The position numbers were made by a program, and so were the translations under genes. 64,000 bases of DNA from an uncultured Ignavibacteriales bacterium. GTDB lineage: Bacteria > Zixibacteria > MSB-5A5 > GN15 > JAAZOE01. Below the pieces are notes generated by a model. It saw only the letters and a list, made by a program, of their open reading frames with translations, searched no databases and was not told the origin of the DNA. Shown piece by piece: positions 36,707-45,553 of the stretch (positions are counted from its first letter, which is position 1; every line of letters starts with the position of its first letter). The stretch spans positions 385 through 64,384 of the forward strand of contig CAZGAV010000012.1 of assembly GCA_964523575.1 (NCBI GenBank). Reading direction: 5' to 3'.

Positions 36707-37006
36707 ATGAGGATACGCTATAGCCAACAGGCGCTGGTCTGGCAGAAACCGGACCGACTTCGGGAAATCGGCGTGTTTCCTCCCGGATGGCGGCAAGAAT
36801 GGTTCACCAACCTCTGCCTGGCGGCGGCTCTGACGGCTCTGTTGTTTCTCATGCTGTTATCCATCTATCTTGTTTTCACCAAACCGGCGGCGACGTCCAT
36901 TCCCGGCTATCCGCGCACCGGAGCCGCGGCTTCGGGTACGGGATTCGCCCATATTAACGGCCCGTCGGATGGGGAAGCGCCGATCGTTTCAAGAAACTGG
37001 GGATAG
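36707..37006 (+). CDS. Small single-TM protein A (99 aa)
   Basis: Strong ggaggg SD and TM LCLAAALTALLFLMLLSIYLV. Similar to 37805..38128. Confidence 0.6.
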   Translation: MRIRYSQQALVWQKPDRLREIGVFPPGWRQEWFTNLCLAAALTALLFLMLLSIYLVFTKPAATSIPGYPRTGAAASGTGFAHINGPSDGEAPIVSRNWG

Positions 37007-37044
37007 CAGGAATCAGCGCCGTTTATCGAAGGAGGTGATGATAA

Positions 37045-37704
37045 ATGGCAGGCGTTGATCTGGGCAAGGCCCGACCCGTCCGAGACGATAAGCCGAAAAG
37101 CCGGCGTCGAATAAAACGTCGCACCGGCGTGCGAGTGGTTATGACGCCGATGGTTGATATCGCTTTCCTGCTGTTGATTTTCTATATGGTGACCACGATT
37201 TTCGCCATGCCCCAGGCGATGGGGGTCAATCTTCCGCCCGACGAGGTCGTTACGGTTGGGAAATTGCTCACCATCCGGGTTGATGGACAGAATCGATTTT
37301 ATTGGAATCTCGGTCATGATTTGCCGGTCCCGATGAGGGCCGATTCCCTGTTCACTTTGCTTTTTGATAAGAGCCGCGAAATCCCGAAACTGAATACCCT
37401 GCTTACCATCCATCCGCAGGCAAGATACCATGTTATGGTCGATATCCTCGATGAAATCGACCTGGTTGAAAGAAAGTTCAACGACGGGGTAGCGGCCAGA
37501 CTCGGCGTTTCCGCCGAAATTTTCAACGATCCCGATAATGACCGATACAGCGAATTTTATGATAAACGATTTTCGTATCGTTACGCCACCGCGCCGTGGG
37601 AGGACCGCGACACCAGAATAATTAATAAGATATGGCGCACCGGAAGGGGGGGAATAGCCATGAATAACAAAACCGCGATTATCTTTGATGATGAGTTTCC
37701 TTGA
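37045..37704 (+). CDS. exbD: ExbD/TolR family protein 3 (close paralog of ExbD2)
   Basis: MTPMVDIAFLLLIFYMVTT. It aligns over nearly its full length with 35092..35718 (FNDPDN.RY.EF, FSYRYA..PWEDRD.RII). Confidence 0.88.
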   Translation: MAGVDLGKARPVRDDKPKSRRRIKRRTGVRVVMTPMVDIAFLLLIFYMVTTIFAMPQAMGVNLPPDEVVTVGKLLTIRVDGQNRFYWNLGHDLPVPMRADSLFTLLFDKSREIPKLNTLLTIHPQARYHVMVDILDEIDLVERKFNDGVAARLGVSAEIFNDPDNDRYSEFYDKRFSYRYATAPWEDRDTRIINKIWRTGRGGIAMNNKTAIIFDDEFP

Positions 37705-37728
37705 CGACTATAAAATATAAGTTATAAT
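37701..37728 (+). promoter_or_regulatory. sigma70-type promoter for the ORF B-tonB2 unit
   Basis: TTGACG-N16-TATAAT, overlapping the exbD3 stop codon. Confidence 0.7.
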
Positions 37729-37732
37729 ATTT

Positions 37733-37804
37733 TCCGAGAGAAAAGGCCGATGATCGGCGCCGGGCCGGTCATACATCCCGCGACCTTTTGATAAGGAGGG
37801 AGAC
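37733..37804 (+). promoter_or_regulatory. Structured 5' leader B
   Basis: Same 15-mer tccgagagaaaaggc. aaaagg pairs with cctttt (37784-37789) around atgatcggc/gccggtcat, ending 5 nt before the ggaggg SD. Confidence 0.55.
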
Positions 37805-38128
37805 ATGAGCCTTTTTTCAAACCCCGAATATATAATTCTCACGCCCATCCCCGCGAGAGCCGCCGTCGCTTGCACCGACAGCGGGAATTATGCCGTCATA
37901 AAATCGCTTTTGATGGCCGCCGTGCTTGGCGCGGTGCTGTTCATGACGGTCCTTTCCATCCTGTTCGTGCATTTGGGCCAGGTTCCGTCTTTCCCCGGAA
38001 CTCATACCGGCCGGAATCATGATAAACCGCGGATGGTACAGGCCCTCGATACTCTCCAAAACAATTCTGACTGCTTTATATCAATAACAAAGACAAAAGG
38101 GGGTGAATATCATGATGCGCTCATTTGA
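37805..38128 (+). CDS. Small single-TM protein B (107 aa)
   Basis: aaggaggg SD and TM LLMAAVLGAVLFMTVLSILFV. Similar to ORF A. Confidence 0.6.
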   Translation: MSLFSNPEYIILTPIPARAAVACTDSGNYAVIKSLLMAAVLGAVLFMTVLSILFVHLGQVPSFPGTHTGRNHDKPRMVQALDTLQNNSDCFISITKTKGGEYHDALI

Positions 38129-38864
38129 ACTGCCTTATGGCGCCTTTGAATTAAAAAGCCGCTACCAGCGAAATATGCTTATCGGAACGACAACGGCCGT
38201 GTTGCTGGCGACGGCGTTGATCAGCTTAATCTGGATTCTGGGCTGCGCCGCCGCAGTGGAAACGCAGATTGTGGATCCGCCCGGACTCACCGACAGCATG
38301 ACGATAATATTTGTCGAGCCGTCTCCACCCGGCATCGACGATATTCGAGGCGGCAAGGGCATCAAACCACCGCCGCCATCTAAATTGGATAATGGTATTT
38401 TCGTCGCGGTTGACGATTTACTGGCCGAGGAGGATACGGTCGACTTTTCGGAACTGCATAAAAGGGGGACAGGTGAATACGATCCGGAGGCGGAATATGG
38501 CGAAGACGGCGACCAAGGTGAGCCCGGCGGGCTATATATCGGCCCGGAGGTAATACCTCCCGTGGGGGCTTTCATCGCTGTCGAAGTTGGGCCCGTGATC
38601 ATCCATGAACAAAAACCGGAATATCCGCGTCTCGCCCTGGAGGGGGGATTCACGGCTTCGGTTTTCATCGACGCCTTCGTTGGCCGCGAAGGACAGGTGC
38701 TCGACGCCCGAGTCGCCCGATGCACTCGAAACCATATGGGTTTTGAGGAAGCGGCCCTGAAGGCCGCTTATAAATGCACCTATCGGCCGGCCATCCAGAA
38801 CGGGGCCCCGGTCGGTGTCTGGATCAGCTATCAAGTCGATTTTGTCTTGGACAGGTCGCGATAG
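38112..38864 (+). CDS. tonB: Energy transducer TonB 2 (paralog of TonB1)
   Basis: YGAFELKSRYQRNML, a TM, and TonB_C ..CTRNHMGFEEAALKAAYK..YRPAIQNG. It has the same gggggtgaata start context as tonB1. Confidence 0.88.
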   Translation: MMRSFELPYGAFELKSRYQRNMLIGTTTAVLLATALISLIWILGCAAAVETQIVDPPGLTDSMTIIFVEPSPPGIDDIRGGKGIKPPPPSKLDNGIFVAVDDLLAEEDTVDFSELHKRGTGEYDPEAEYGEDGDQGEPGGLYIGPEVIPPVGAFIAVEVGPVIIHEQKPEYPRLALEGGFTASVFIDAFVGREGQVLDARVARCTRNHMGFEEAALKAAYKCTYRPAIQNGAPVGVWISYQVDFVLDRSR

Positions 38865-39066
38865 AGCAAAATAATTCCCCCTCGTCGGTTCACCCGGGGG
38901 CCGGACGCGGCCCCCCTTCGCCGCCTTATTTTTGTGTTGTCGATATCGGGCCGGGGCTGAAAGGCACTTTTCCTATGGGGGCATTTTCAATATGTCGTGT
39001 CGATTTTTAGATTGACCACAATATATGGCAATCGGACTCCAATAATGATAATTATAAAAAAATCGC

Positions 39067-39095
39067 TTGACAACTGCACAAATGTGCAGTATTTT
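39067..39095 (+). promoter_or_regulatory. sigma70-type promoter whose spacer is filled by an 18-bp palindrome (candidate LexA/SOS box)
   Basis: TTGACA-N17-TATTTT, with ACTGCACA-aa-TGTGCAGT at 39073-39090. Confidence 0.7.
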
Positions 39096-39137
39096 TAATT
39101 TGACACCGATAATAATACCGGACACAAGGAGCAGGCC

Positions 39138-39356
39138 ATGGATTGCAATCAATACTCGGAACGGAAAGTTATCTCCGCGGCGGACCGATGCCGGGGCTCG
39201 TCGCAGCGGAAACCGGCACCATCGGACGAGGCGCGACTTTTAGCGTCCCGGCCATCGTCCGGCCCGCAGGCGGGTCGTTGTACCTGTGGGGGAGTGCTGG
39301 TCAGGCGCGGATACTGCTTCGTGTGCGTTGTCTGCGGCTGGGGAAGTTGTGAGTGA
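39138..39356 (+). CDS. Zn-ribbon microprotein (72 aa) resembling the C-terminal Cys-rich tail of class II ribonucleotide reductases
   Basis: aaggag SD and C-terminal CTCGGVLVRRGYCFVCVVCGWGSCE. Confidence 0.6.
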   Translation: MDCNQYSERKVISAADRCRGSSQRKPAPSDEARLLASRPSSGPQAGRCTCGGVLVRRGYCFVCVVCGWGSCE

Positions 39357-39412
39357 ATTGGGGGAGTATTTCCGGGGCCGGCCATAGGGCCATAATTCAG
39401 GGGGATGAAACG

Positions 39413-42040
39413 ATGCGAAAACGACTGGCGAAATCGGGACTGCCGGAGCCGATTCTGGCGCAATGGGAAGAACGATTCCACGGGCGACTTCTGCCGCTCC
39501 AATATCGGGCGGTTGAGGAATATAAGCTTCTGGAGGGGAATTCGCTTTTAATCTCGGCGCCGACCTCTTCGGGCAAAACCTTCTGCGGCGAAATGGCTCT
39601 GGTGCGGGCCGTGCAACAGCGGCAGAAGGGCATTTTCCTGGTGCCGCTGAAGGCGGTGGCCGAGGAAAAATACCGTCACTTCGTCGATTGCTACGGCGGC
39701 CTCGGCTTACGCGTCGTTATCGCTACCCGGGATCATCCCGAAAATGACGGCCTGGTCGAAAGCGGCCGGTTCGATATCGCCGTGATGATTTACGAGAAAT
39801 TCAATTCCCTGTTATTGACCAATTTTGACCTCATGTCGCAGGTTGGCACGGTCGTCGTCGATGAATTGCAGATGCTTGAGGACAAAACGCGCGGGCCTCA
39901 ACTGGAATTGGCCCTGACCAAACTGCTCTATTCGGAATACCGGCCTCAGCTGGTGGCTCTTTCGGCCGTTCTGGGCGAAGCCACCGAACTGGCCGAATGG
40001 CTGGGTTGCCGCCTCTTGCTGGAAAATATGCGCCCGGTGGAATTACGACGGGGGGTGGTTTCTGACGGTCGTTTCTATTTCCGATGCCATAATTCCGGCG
40101 AACTGGGGGAAGATACCTGCCGGCAGGGCGAAGATATCAACCTGACCTTGTTCGAGAATATCCAGGCGGTCACGGCCGTCGGCAAACAGACTTTGGTGTT
40201 TCTCAAATCGCGGCGCGATACCATGCTCGCGGCCCGGCGTTTCGCGGAATATACCCATCGTGCATCATGGTCGAAAAACAAAGAATTCTTCGATGCAAAG
40301 TTGGCCGACGAAGAGGAATCGTCGCTTCTCAAAAACCTCCGCAGTCTTCTGACGGTCGGCATTGCGTTCCATAACGCCGACCTGACCGCCGCCCAACGGC
40401 TGGCCGTCGAAGAAGGTTACCGGGCCGGTTTGATCGACGTTATTTTTGCGACCACTACTCTCTCGACCGGCATCAACTTACCTGCGGCGACAGTTTTCAT
40501 CGAGGCGCAAAAATATCGGCGGCAGGGCTATAGCGGCCGTCCCGGTCTCGAACCACTCTCATGGGCCGAATACGAAAGCATGTCCGGTCGGGCCGGCCGA
40601 GTCGGATTGACCGATGAAGAGGGCGATGGCCAGGCGGTGTTATTCGCCTCCGGCGAACTGGAGAAGTCAATTCTCTGGGAATACTATATCGACCGGCAGG
40701 CGGCGTCGCTCAAATCCCAATTGCCGTCGCGCCATCCGGCCGATATCCTCATCGACCTTTTCAGTTCCGGGCTTGTTCGGAGCCCCGAGGAGACCGCCCG
40801 GCTTCTCGAAAAATCATATTGCCATATATGTAATGACCAAAATACAAGCGATATAGAGAATATATGTGAAGTATTACTTGATGATGGTTTTTTGGTTCGG
40901 CAGGGCCGGCAAATCACGGCTACGCCTCTGGGGCAAACCGTTGCCGTCACCGGCATGACGGTGGCCGGCGCCGACTGTATCCTGAAGAGACTGCCCCGTC
41001 CCGAAACCGAAAGCGACGGTCAAATCCTCTTTCATTTGTTCCAATTGCCCGAGGCCGGATCACTGTACTTGCCGACACCAGCCGGCCGAGGGCGGATGCG
41101 CCTGCCTCGAAGATTTTTCGCCGAATCGGCTGAGGAAAATCCGTTAATCCGGGAGCTGTCGGCCATGCAGCGGGAACTGGCCCCCGACGAAATCAACCGC
41201 CTGGGGCTGGCGCTTTTGATGGAAGACTGGATGGCCGGAATGCCGGCCATCGAAATCGAAAGCAATTACGCCCTTCATCCGGGGATGATGGAAAATCTGG
41301 GTTATCAAACGGGATGGCTGCTGGCTTCGGCGGCGGCTATCGTCCGCGCCTGCGACCGTTTTGCATCCCTGCCCGCGCGACTCGATGATCTGGCCTTTGC
41401 CTCCCGGACGGGACTGCCGGTCGTTTATCGGGACCTTTACAAGGATTTCGGGGATATCCTTTTCCGCAGTGACTGGCTGGCTCTGCATCACAGGGAAATC
41501 ACCGATCGGCGCCGGATGCTTGATGAAGGTCTGGAGATTATCAGAAGTCGGACGAAGTCGGAAGAACGCCTGATCAAAATCGAAGAAAGATTCCATAAAA
41601 TAAAGGAGGCTTCTATGTCATCGAAAGGTGTATCGATGCTGAGTACGGCCCCGTGGCCGGAAACCATTGAAATCGACGGAACTCCCATCCGGGAACGGTT
41701 CCGGGTGCGGATCAATGGTCATACGGTGAACCTGACCGGGAAATCTTTCAAGTACCTTGTCAAGCTGGCCTGGTCGAGGCTAACTAAAGACAGTGGATGG
41801 TTATACAAGGAAGATTTAGAGTGTGGCTTTAATCAGGCCCGATACCTGTATCGTCTCCGACAGGAGATCGGCCGGGATTTTCTGCCGGAATGGCCGTTGT
41901 ACGAAAACAACCGCTCTGGCTATTATCGGCTGGCCGCTGACCGGGAAGGGATCAAGATCAATGTCGAGGCTTTGAAGGAAATTCCGGATTATGAGATTCA
42001 GCAAATAGCCCTGGATTTGAATCCGGTGGCGGCCGGTTAA
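39413..42040 (+). CDS. Ski2/Hel308-like SF2 helicase with C-terminal OmpR/PhoB-like winged-helix domain
   Basis: Motifs APTSSGKT, VVVDELQ, ALSAV, MRPVEL, AFHNADL, TTTLSTGINLPA and MSGRAGR. C-terminus is INGHTVNLTGKSFKYLVKL..YLYRLRQEIG..ENNRSGYYRL. Start trimmed to ATG 39413. Confidence 0.88.
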   Translation: MRKRLAKSGLPEPILAQWEERFHGRLLPLQYRAVEEYKLLEGNSLLISAPTSSGKTFCGEMALVRAVQQRQKGIFLVPLKAVAEEKYRHFVDCYGGLGLRVVIATRDHPENDGLVESGRFDIAVMIYEKFNSLLLTNFDLMSQVGTVVVDELQMLEDKTRGPQLELALTKLLYSEYRPQLVALSAVLGEATELAEWLGCRLLLENMRPVELRRGVVSDGRFYFRCHNSGELGEDTCRQGEDINLTLFENIQAVTAVGKQTLVFLKSRRDTMLAARRFAEYTHRASWSKNKEFFDAKLADEEESSLLKNLRSLLTVGIAFHNADLTAAQRLAVEEGYRAGLIDVIFATTTLSTGINLPAATVFIEAQKYRRQGYSGRPGLEPLSWAEYESMSGRAGRVGLTDEEGDGQAVLFASGELEKSILWEYYIDRQAASLKSQLPSRHPADILIDLFSSGLVRSPEETARLLEKSYCHICNDQNTSDIENICEVLLDDGFLVRQGRQITATPLGQTVAVTGMTVAGADCILKRLPRPETESDGQILFHLFQLPEAGSLYLPTPAGRGRMRLPRRFFAESAEENPLIRELSAMQRELAPDEINRLGLALLMEDWMAGMPAIEIESNYALHPGMMENLGYQTGWLLASAAAIVRACDRFASLPARLDDLAFASRTGLPVVYRDLYKDFGDILFRSDWLALHHREITDRRRMLDEGLEIIRSRTKSEERLIKIEERFHKIKEASMSSKGVSMLSTAPWPETIEIDGTPIRERFRVRINGHTVNLTGKSFKYLVKLAWSRLTKDSGWLYKEDLECGFNQARYLYRLRQEIGRDFLPEWPLYENNRSGYYRLAADREGIKINVEALKEIPDYEIQQIALDLNPVAAG

Positions 42041-42085
42041 AACGGAGAGGCTTTGTACGCTTTGGTGATCTTTACGTTCGGGCTG

Positions 42086-42114
42086 TTGACATTTTGCTTC
42101 CGGGGCGGTAAACT
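42086..42114 (+). promoter_or_regulatory. sigma70-type promoter for the Lon-like gene
   Basis: TTGACA-N17-TAAACT. Confidence 0.6.
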
Positions 42115-42128
42115 CTCTTGAGAAAAGA

Positions 42129-44681
42129 TTGTATAAGCCGATAAGAAACGTAAAGATGACCATGATTATAAAGCCTCGTAAACATTTGCCGCTTGACGAA
42201 ACTCAGGCGGAAAAAAACCTGCCGGTTTTACCGCTCAGGTCGGCCGTGATATTTCCGGGTGAAATTTACACTATCCAGATGGGCCGCAAGGAGAACCTGG
42301 AACTGCTCAAGGCTGTAGCCCAGCGGGATAACCTGCTGGTCCTATCCTTCGCACCCCAGGATGTGCCATCCGGGGCCGCCCCGCGGCTGTCTCAGGTGAG
42401 CGTCCTGGCCCGGATCGAGTCCATCAAGCCGTCAATGGCCAATTCACAGATGGTCACGCTCGAAGGACTGCAACGTGTCGCCCTGATGGATATCGTCACC
42501 TCGGTGCCGTTCATCGAGGCCCGGGTACAGGAGGTCAGGGAGGAAAACACCGACGGAAGCGTCGTCGAAGGTTATCTCTCAGAAGTCACGCACCTGATGA
42601 CCCAGCTGGTCCGAATCGATAATCGTTATTCCAATGAATTGATATATAATCTGGAAATGAACCGACCCTTGCCGAGCGCCTTCGCCGATCGCATCGGGGC
42701 TATGATTCATTTTCAATTGAGCGACAAGCAGGAAATTATTGACTCCCTGGAAATCGGCAGTCGTCTCGAAACGATAATCCGCCTGCTCAAAGATGAAATC
42801 GACAAATTTTCCCTGACGACGCAGATCAATACGCGGGTGAACGAATCGCTGGAAAGGAAGAAGCGCGAGAATTTCCTGCGCCAGCAATTGGCCGAAATCC
42901 GGAGGGAGCTGGGCGAAGAGTTTATCGAGGAAGACGTTTCCAAGATCTATCGCCAGAAAATCAGCGAAAACAAGGCCTTGCCGGCCGAGGTCGCCAATCG
43001 TCTTCTCCTGGAAATCGATCGCCTGGTGCATCTGCCGTCGTCTTCGGCGGAATACGGTTCCACCAAAAATTATATCGACCTGATGCTCTCGTTGCCGTGG
43101 CAGAGCCCGCCCATGGAACCTTTCGATCTGGTCGACGTTGAAGCCGCTATCGGCCGCGAATATTACGGGCTGTCCCATATCAAAGAACAGGTTCTGGAAT
43201 ATCTGTCGATGCGGCAGTTGAGCCGCGATAAAAGGGATTTGCCGATCCTTTGCCTCGCGGGCGCGGTTGGAACCGGCAAGGCGTCTCTGGTCAAGGCTAT
43301 CGCCAAGGCGATGGGCCGGGAATTGGTCCGAATCAACGGCACCAGCCTGATAATCAGCGAAGATATCAAAGGTTTGCATCGCAGTGAAATCGGTTCCGGA
43401 CCGGGGCAATTGGTGCGTGCCATCCAACGCGCCGGATCATTCGATCTCGTGATCTACCTCGAGGATCTGGAGTATGTGATCGAATCCGAGGACACCAACG
43501 CCCTGCTGGCCTTGCTGGAGGCCGTTGATCCGAGGCAAAACGGCCATTTTGTCGATAATTTCGTCGGCATTCCTCTCGATCTTTCCCGGGTCTTGTTCGT
43601 TCTGGGCATTACCGCCGAGGATTTCCCGGAACCGTTCGCTCACCGCCTGGAAATGATCGAGATGTCGGGCTATATCGAGCGGGAGAAGATCGTCATTACC
43701 AAGAAACATATCCTGCCCAAATTGTATAAACGATATGGCTTGACCCGGGCCGAATTGCGTTTTACCGACCGGGGTCTGGCGCGGATTATTCGCCAGTACA
43801 CTATGGAAGCCGGGACGATCGGACTGCAACAACAGCTGGAGAAGATTTTCCGGCGGATTACCCGCAAGAAAGCCATCAGCGAAAAATGTAATTATGTGCT
43901 CAAGGAAAACAATGTCGATCAGTACCTGGGAACGCCGCAGTATATACCCGAGAAGGCCATGTCCAAGCCGGAAATCGGCGTGGCCAACGGTCTGGCCTGG
44001 ACCGGAGCCGGCGGTGATTTAATGCTGATCGAAGGATTGAAAATGCGGGGTACGGGCCAGGTTTTCACGACCGGATCATTGGGCGAAGTGATGAAAGAAT
44101 CGATCCAGGCGGCCCATAGCTTTGTGCGCGCCCGGGCCGATTTACTCGGGATCGACCATAATGACTTCGTCAATTTCGATATCCATATTCACTTTCCACA
44201 GGGGGCTATTCCCAAAGATGGCCCTTCGGCCGGGGTTACCGTCTCGCTGGTGATCGCCTCGGTTATGGCCGAACGGCCGATTCGGAGTGATATCGCCATG
44301 ACCGGCGAAGTGACGCTTCGAGGCCGGGTACTGCCGGTCAGCGGCGTCAAAGAGAAGGTCTCGGCGGCCTACCGCGCCGGAGTGCACACTATTATCCTGC
44401 CCAAGGAAAATCAGAAGGATATCAAGGAAATACCGCGGGAAATCGTCCGGAAAACATCGTTTGAGTTCATCGAAACCGTCGACGAGTTATTCGAAAAAGG
44501 ACTGCTTGATTTTACTCCCTCGACCTATACTCTGGAAAAAATCTTTGCCGAGGAAATCGAAAAGGCCCGCAAACGAGGCCGTACGAAATCCAGGGCCGCC
44601 GCAGGCAAAACCCCGAAAAAGACTAAAACCACCAAGAGCAAAGCTACGAAAACCAGGACGACGAAAAAGAAAAGTGAATAG
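42129..44681 (+). CDS. lon: Lon (endopeptidase La)-like protease with degenerate AAA+ motifs (start may be ATG 42156)
   Basis: LPVLPLR N-domain, a protease domain with PKDGPSAG (Ser) and GVKEK (Lys), Walker [10 protein letters not shown] and Walker B region IYLEDLE. Confidence 0.88.
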   Translation: MYKPIRNVKMTMIIKPRKHLPLDETQAEKNLPVLPLRSAVIFPGEIYTIQMGRKENLELLKAVAQRDNLLVLSFAPQDVPSGAAPRLSQVSVLARIESIKPSMANSQMVTLEGLQRVALMDIVTSVPFIEARVQEVREENTDGSVVEGYLSEVTHLMTQLVRIDNRYSNELIYNLEMNRPLPSAFADRIGAMIHFQLSDKQEIIDSLEIGSRLETIIRLLKDEIDKFSLTTQINTRVNESLERKKRENFLRQQLAEIRRELGEEFIEEDVSKIYRQKISENKALPAEVANRLLLEIDRLVHLPSSSAEYGSTKNYIDLMLSLPWQSPPMEPFDLVDVEAAIGREYYGLSHIKEQVLEYLSMRQLSRDKRDLPILCLAGAVGTGKASLVKAIAKAMGRELVRINGTSLIISEDIKGLHRSEIGSGPGQLVRAIQRAGSFDLVIYLEDLEYVIESEDTNALLALLEAVDPRQNGHFVDNFVGIPLDLSRVLFVLGITAEDFPEPFAHRLEMIEMSGYIEREKIVITKKHILPKLYKRYGLTRAELRFTDRGLARIIRQYTMEAGTIGLQQQLEKIFRRITRKKAISEKCNYVLKENNVDQYLGTPQYIPEKAMSKPEIGVANGLAWTGAGGDLMLIEGLKMRGTGQVFTTGSLGEVMKESIQAAHSFVRARADLLGIDHNDFVNFDIHIHFPQGAIPKDGPSAGVTVSLVIASVMAERPIRSDIAMTGEVTLRGRVLPVSGVKEKVSAAYRAGVHTIILPKENQKDIKEIPREIVRKTSFEFIETVDELFEKGLLDFTPSTYTLEKIFAEEIEKARKRGRTKSRAAAGKTPKKTKTTKSKATKTRTTKKKSE

Positions 44682-44780
44682 ACGGCATATGACCTGCCCT
44701 CAGATTGGCATTGACAGGCAGGGCTTATGATATTAACTTGACATTTAATCTTGTAGCATAAAAGTCTCCGGAGGAACGGA

Positions 44781-45377
44781 ATGCGTTTATTAACCCTTCT
44801 TACTGCCCTTGCCTGCATGGTTCTTGTCAGCGTGGTCGCAAGCGCCGAAACCGCGATTTCGTCCAATGATGAGAATTTACCCGATACTCTCCTGATCGAT
44901 CGGATTCAGACCGTCAAAGGCGACAAGGTTGCCGTAAAAGTCGATTTTGTCAACGATCAGGAACTGGCCGCGTTGACCATTCCTCTCGGTCTGGTCGGCG
45001 ACCTGTATCGAATTGATTCGGTGTCGTTCGTCGGTAGCCGGGTCGAATATTTGAAAATGAAACCGGTGACTATCGCCGAAAATCGCGAGGATGTCGTTTT
45101 CGGGGCGATATGTATGACTGAGGACTATATCGCGCCGGGAAGAGGACTGCTGGCGACCCTGTATTTGTCGCCGATCGCATCGTCCAAATCCGATTTCTGC
45201 GTCATCGACACTATTACCATGGGGCCGGCCTCGATATTGTTTACGAAAGTATCTTCGGCCTCGTTTATTCCCGAATTTCAGGCCGGCCGGATTACTTACG
45301 GTCAGGCCGAATCCGACAGCGGCGCTGTTAAAAAAGAGGCCGAAAGCGAAACCGCCGGTAAAAAAGACGGCGAATAA
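44781..45377 (+). CDS. Secreted single cohesin-like domain protein
   Basis: Signal peptide and a beta-rich domain DTLLIDRI..ELAALTIPL..IDSVSFVGSRV..IAPGRGLLATLY..F.PEF..G.I that is paralogous to the N-domain of the next gene. Confidence 0.65.
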   Translation: MRLLTLLTALACMVLVSVVASAETAISSNDENLPDTLLIDRIQTVKGDKVAVKVDFVNDQELAALTIPLGLVGDLYRIDSVSFVGSRVEYLKMKPVTIAENREDVVFGAICMTEDYIAPGRGLLATLYLSPIASSKSDFCVIDTITMGPASILFTKVSSASFIPEFQAGRITYGQAESDSGAVKKEAESETAGKKDGE

Positions 45378-45386
45378 AAGCGCTTG

Positions 45387-45420
45387 ATCCGCGGGCGCTT
45401 CGGCGCCTGCGGATTATTCT
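45387..45420 (+). terminator. Hairpin with UUCG loop, probable terminator
   Basis: atccgcgggcgc-ttcg-gcgcctgcggat followed by tattct. Confidence 0.55.
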
Positions 45421-45422
45421 CC

Positions 45423-45451
45423 TTGACACACCATACCCTGTAACCTATTTT
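45423..45451 (+). promoter_or_regulatory. sigma70-type promoter
   Basis: TTGACA-N17-TATTTT. Confidence 0.5.
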
Positions 45452-45553
45452 ATATTTAACAGACGAAAATTATACATCGTACTACACTTGTCAGGCCTTA
45501 TGCGGCGTTAAATTTAGTTGATTACAACTTTTTTTTGTACACAGGAGGTTCCC

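Noticed and set aside
39073-39090. NrdR box or NtrC site interpretation of the palindrome
   Set aside because: Does not match acaCwAtATaTwGtgt, and the NtrC spacing (TGCAC-N7-GTGCA) differs from the N4 seen here.
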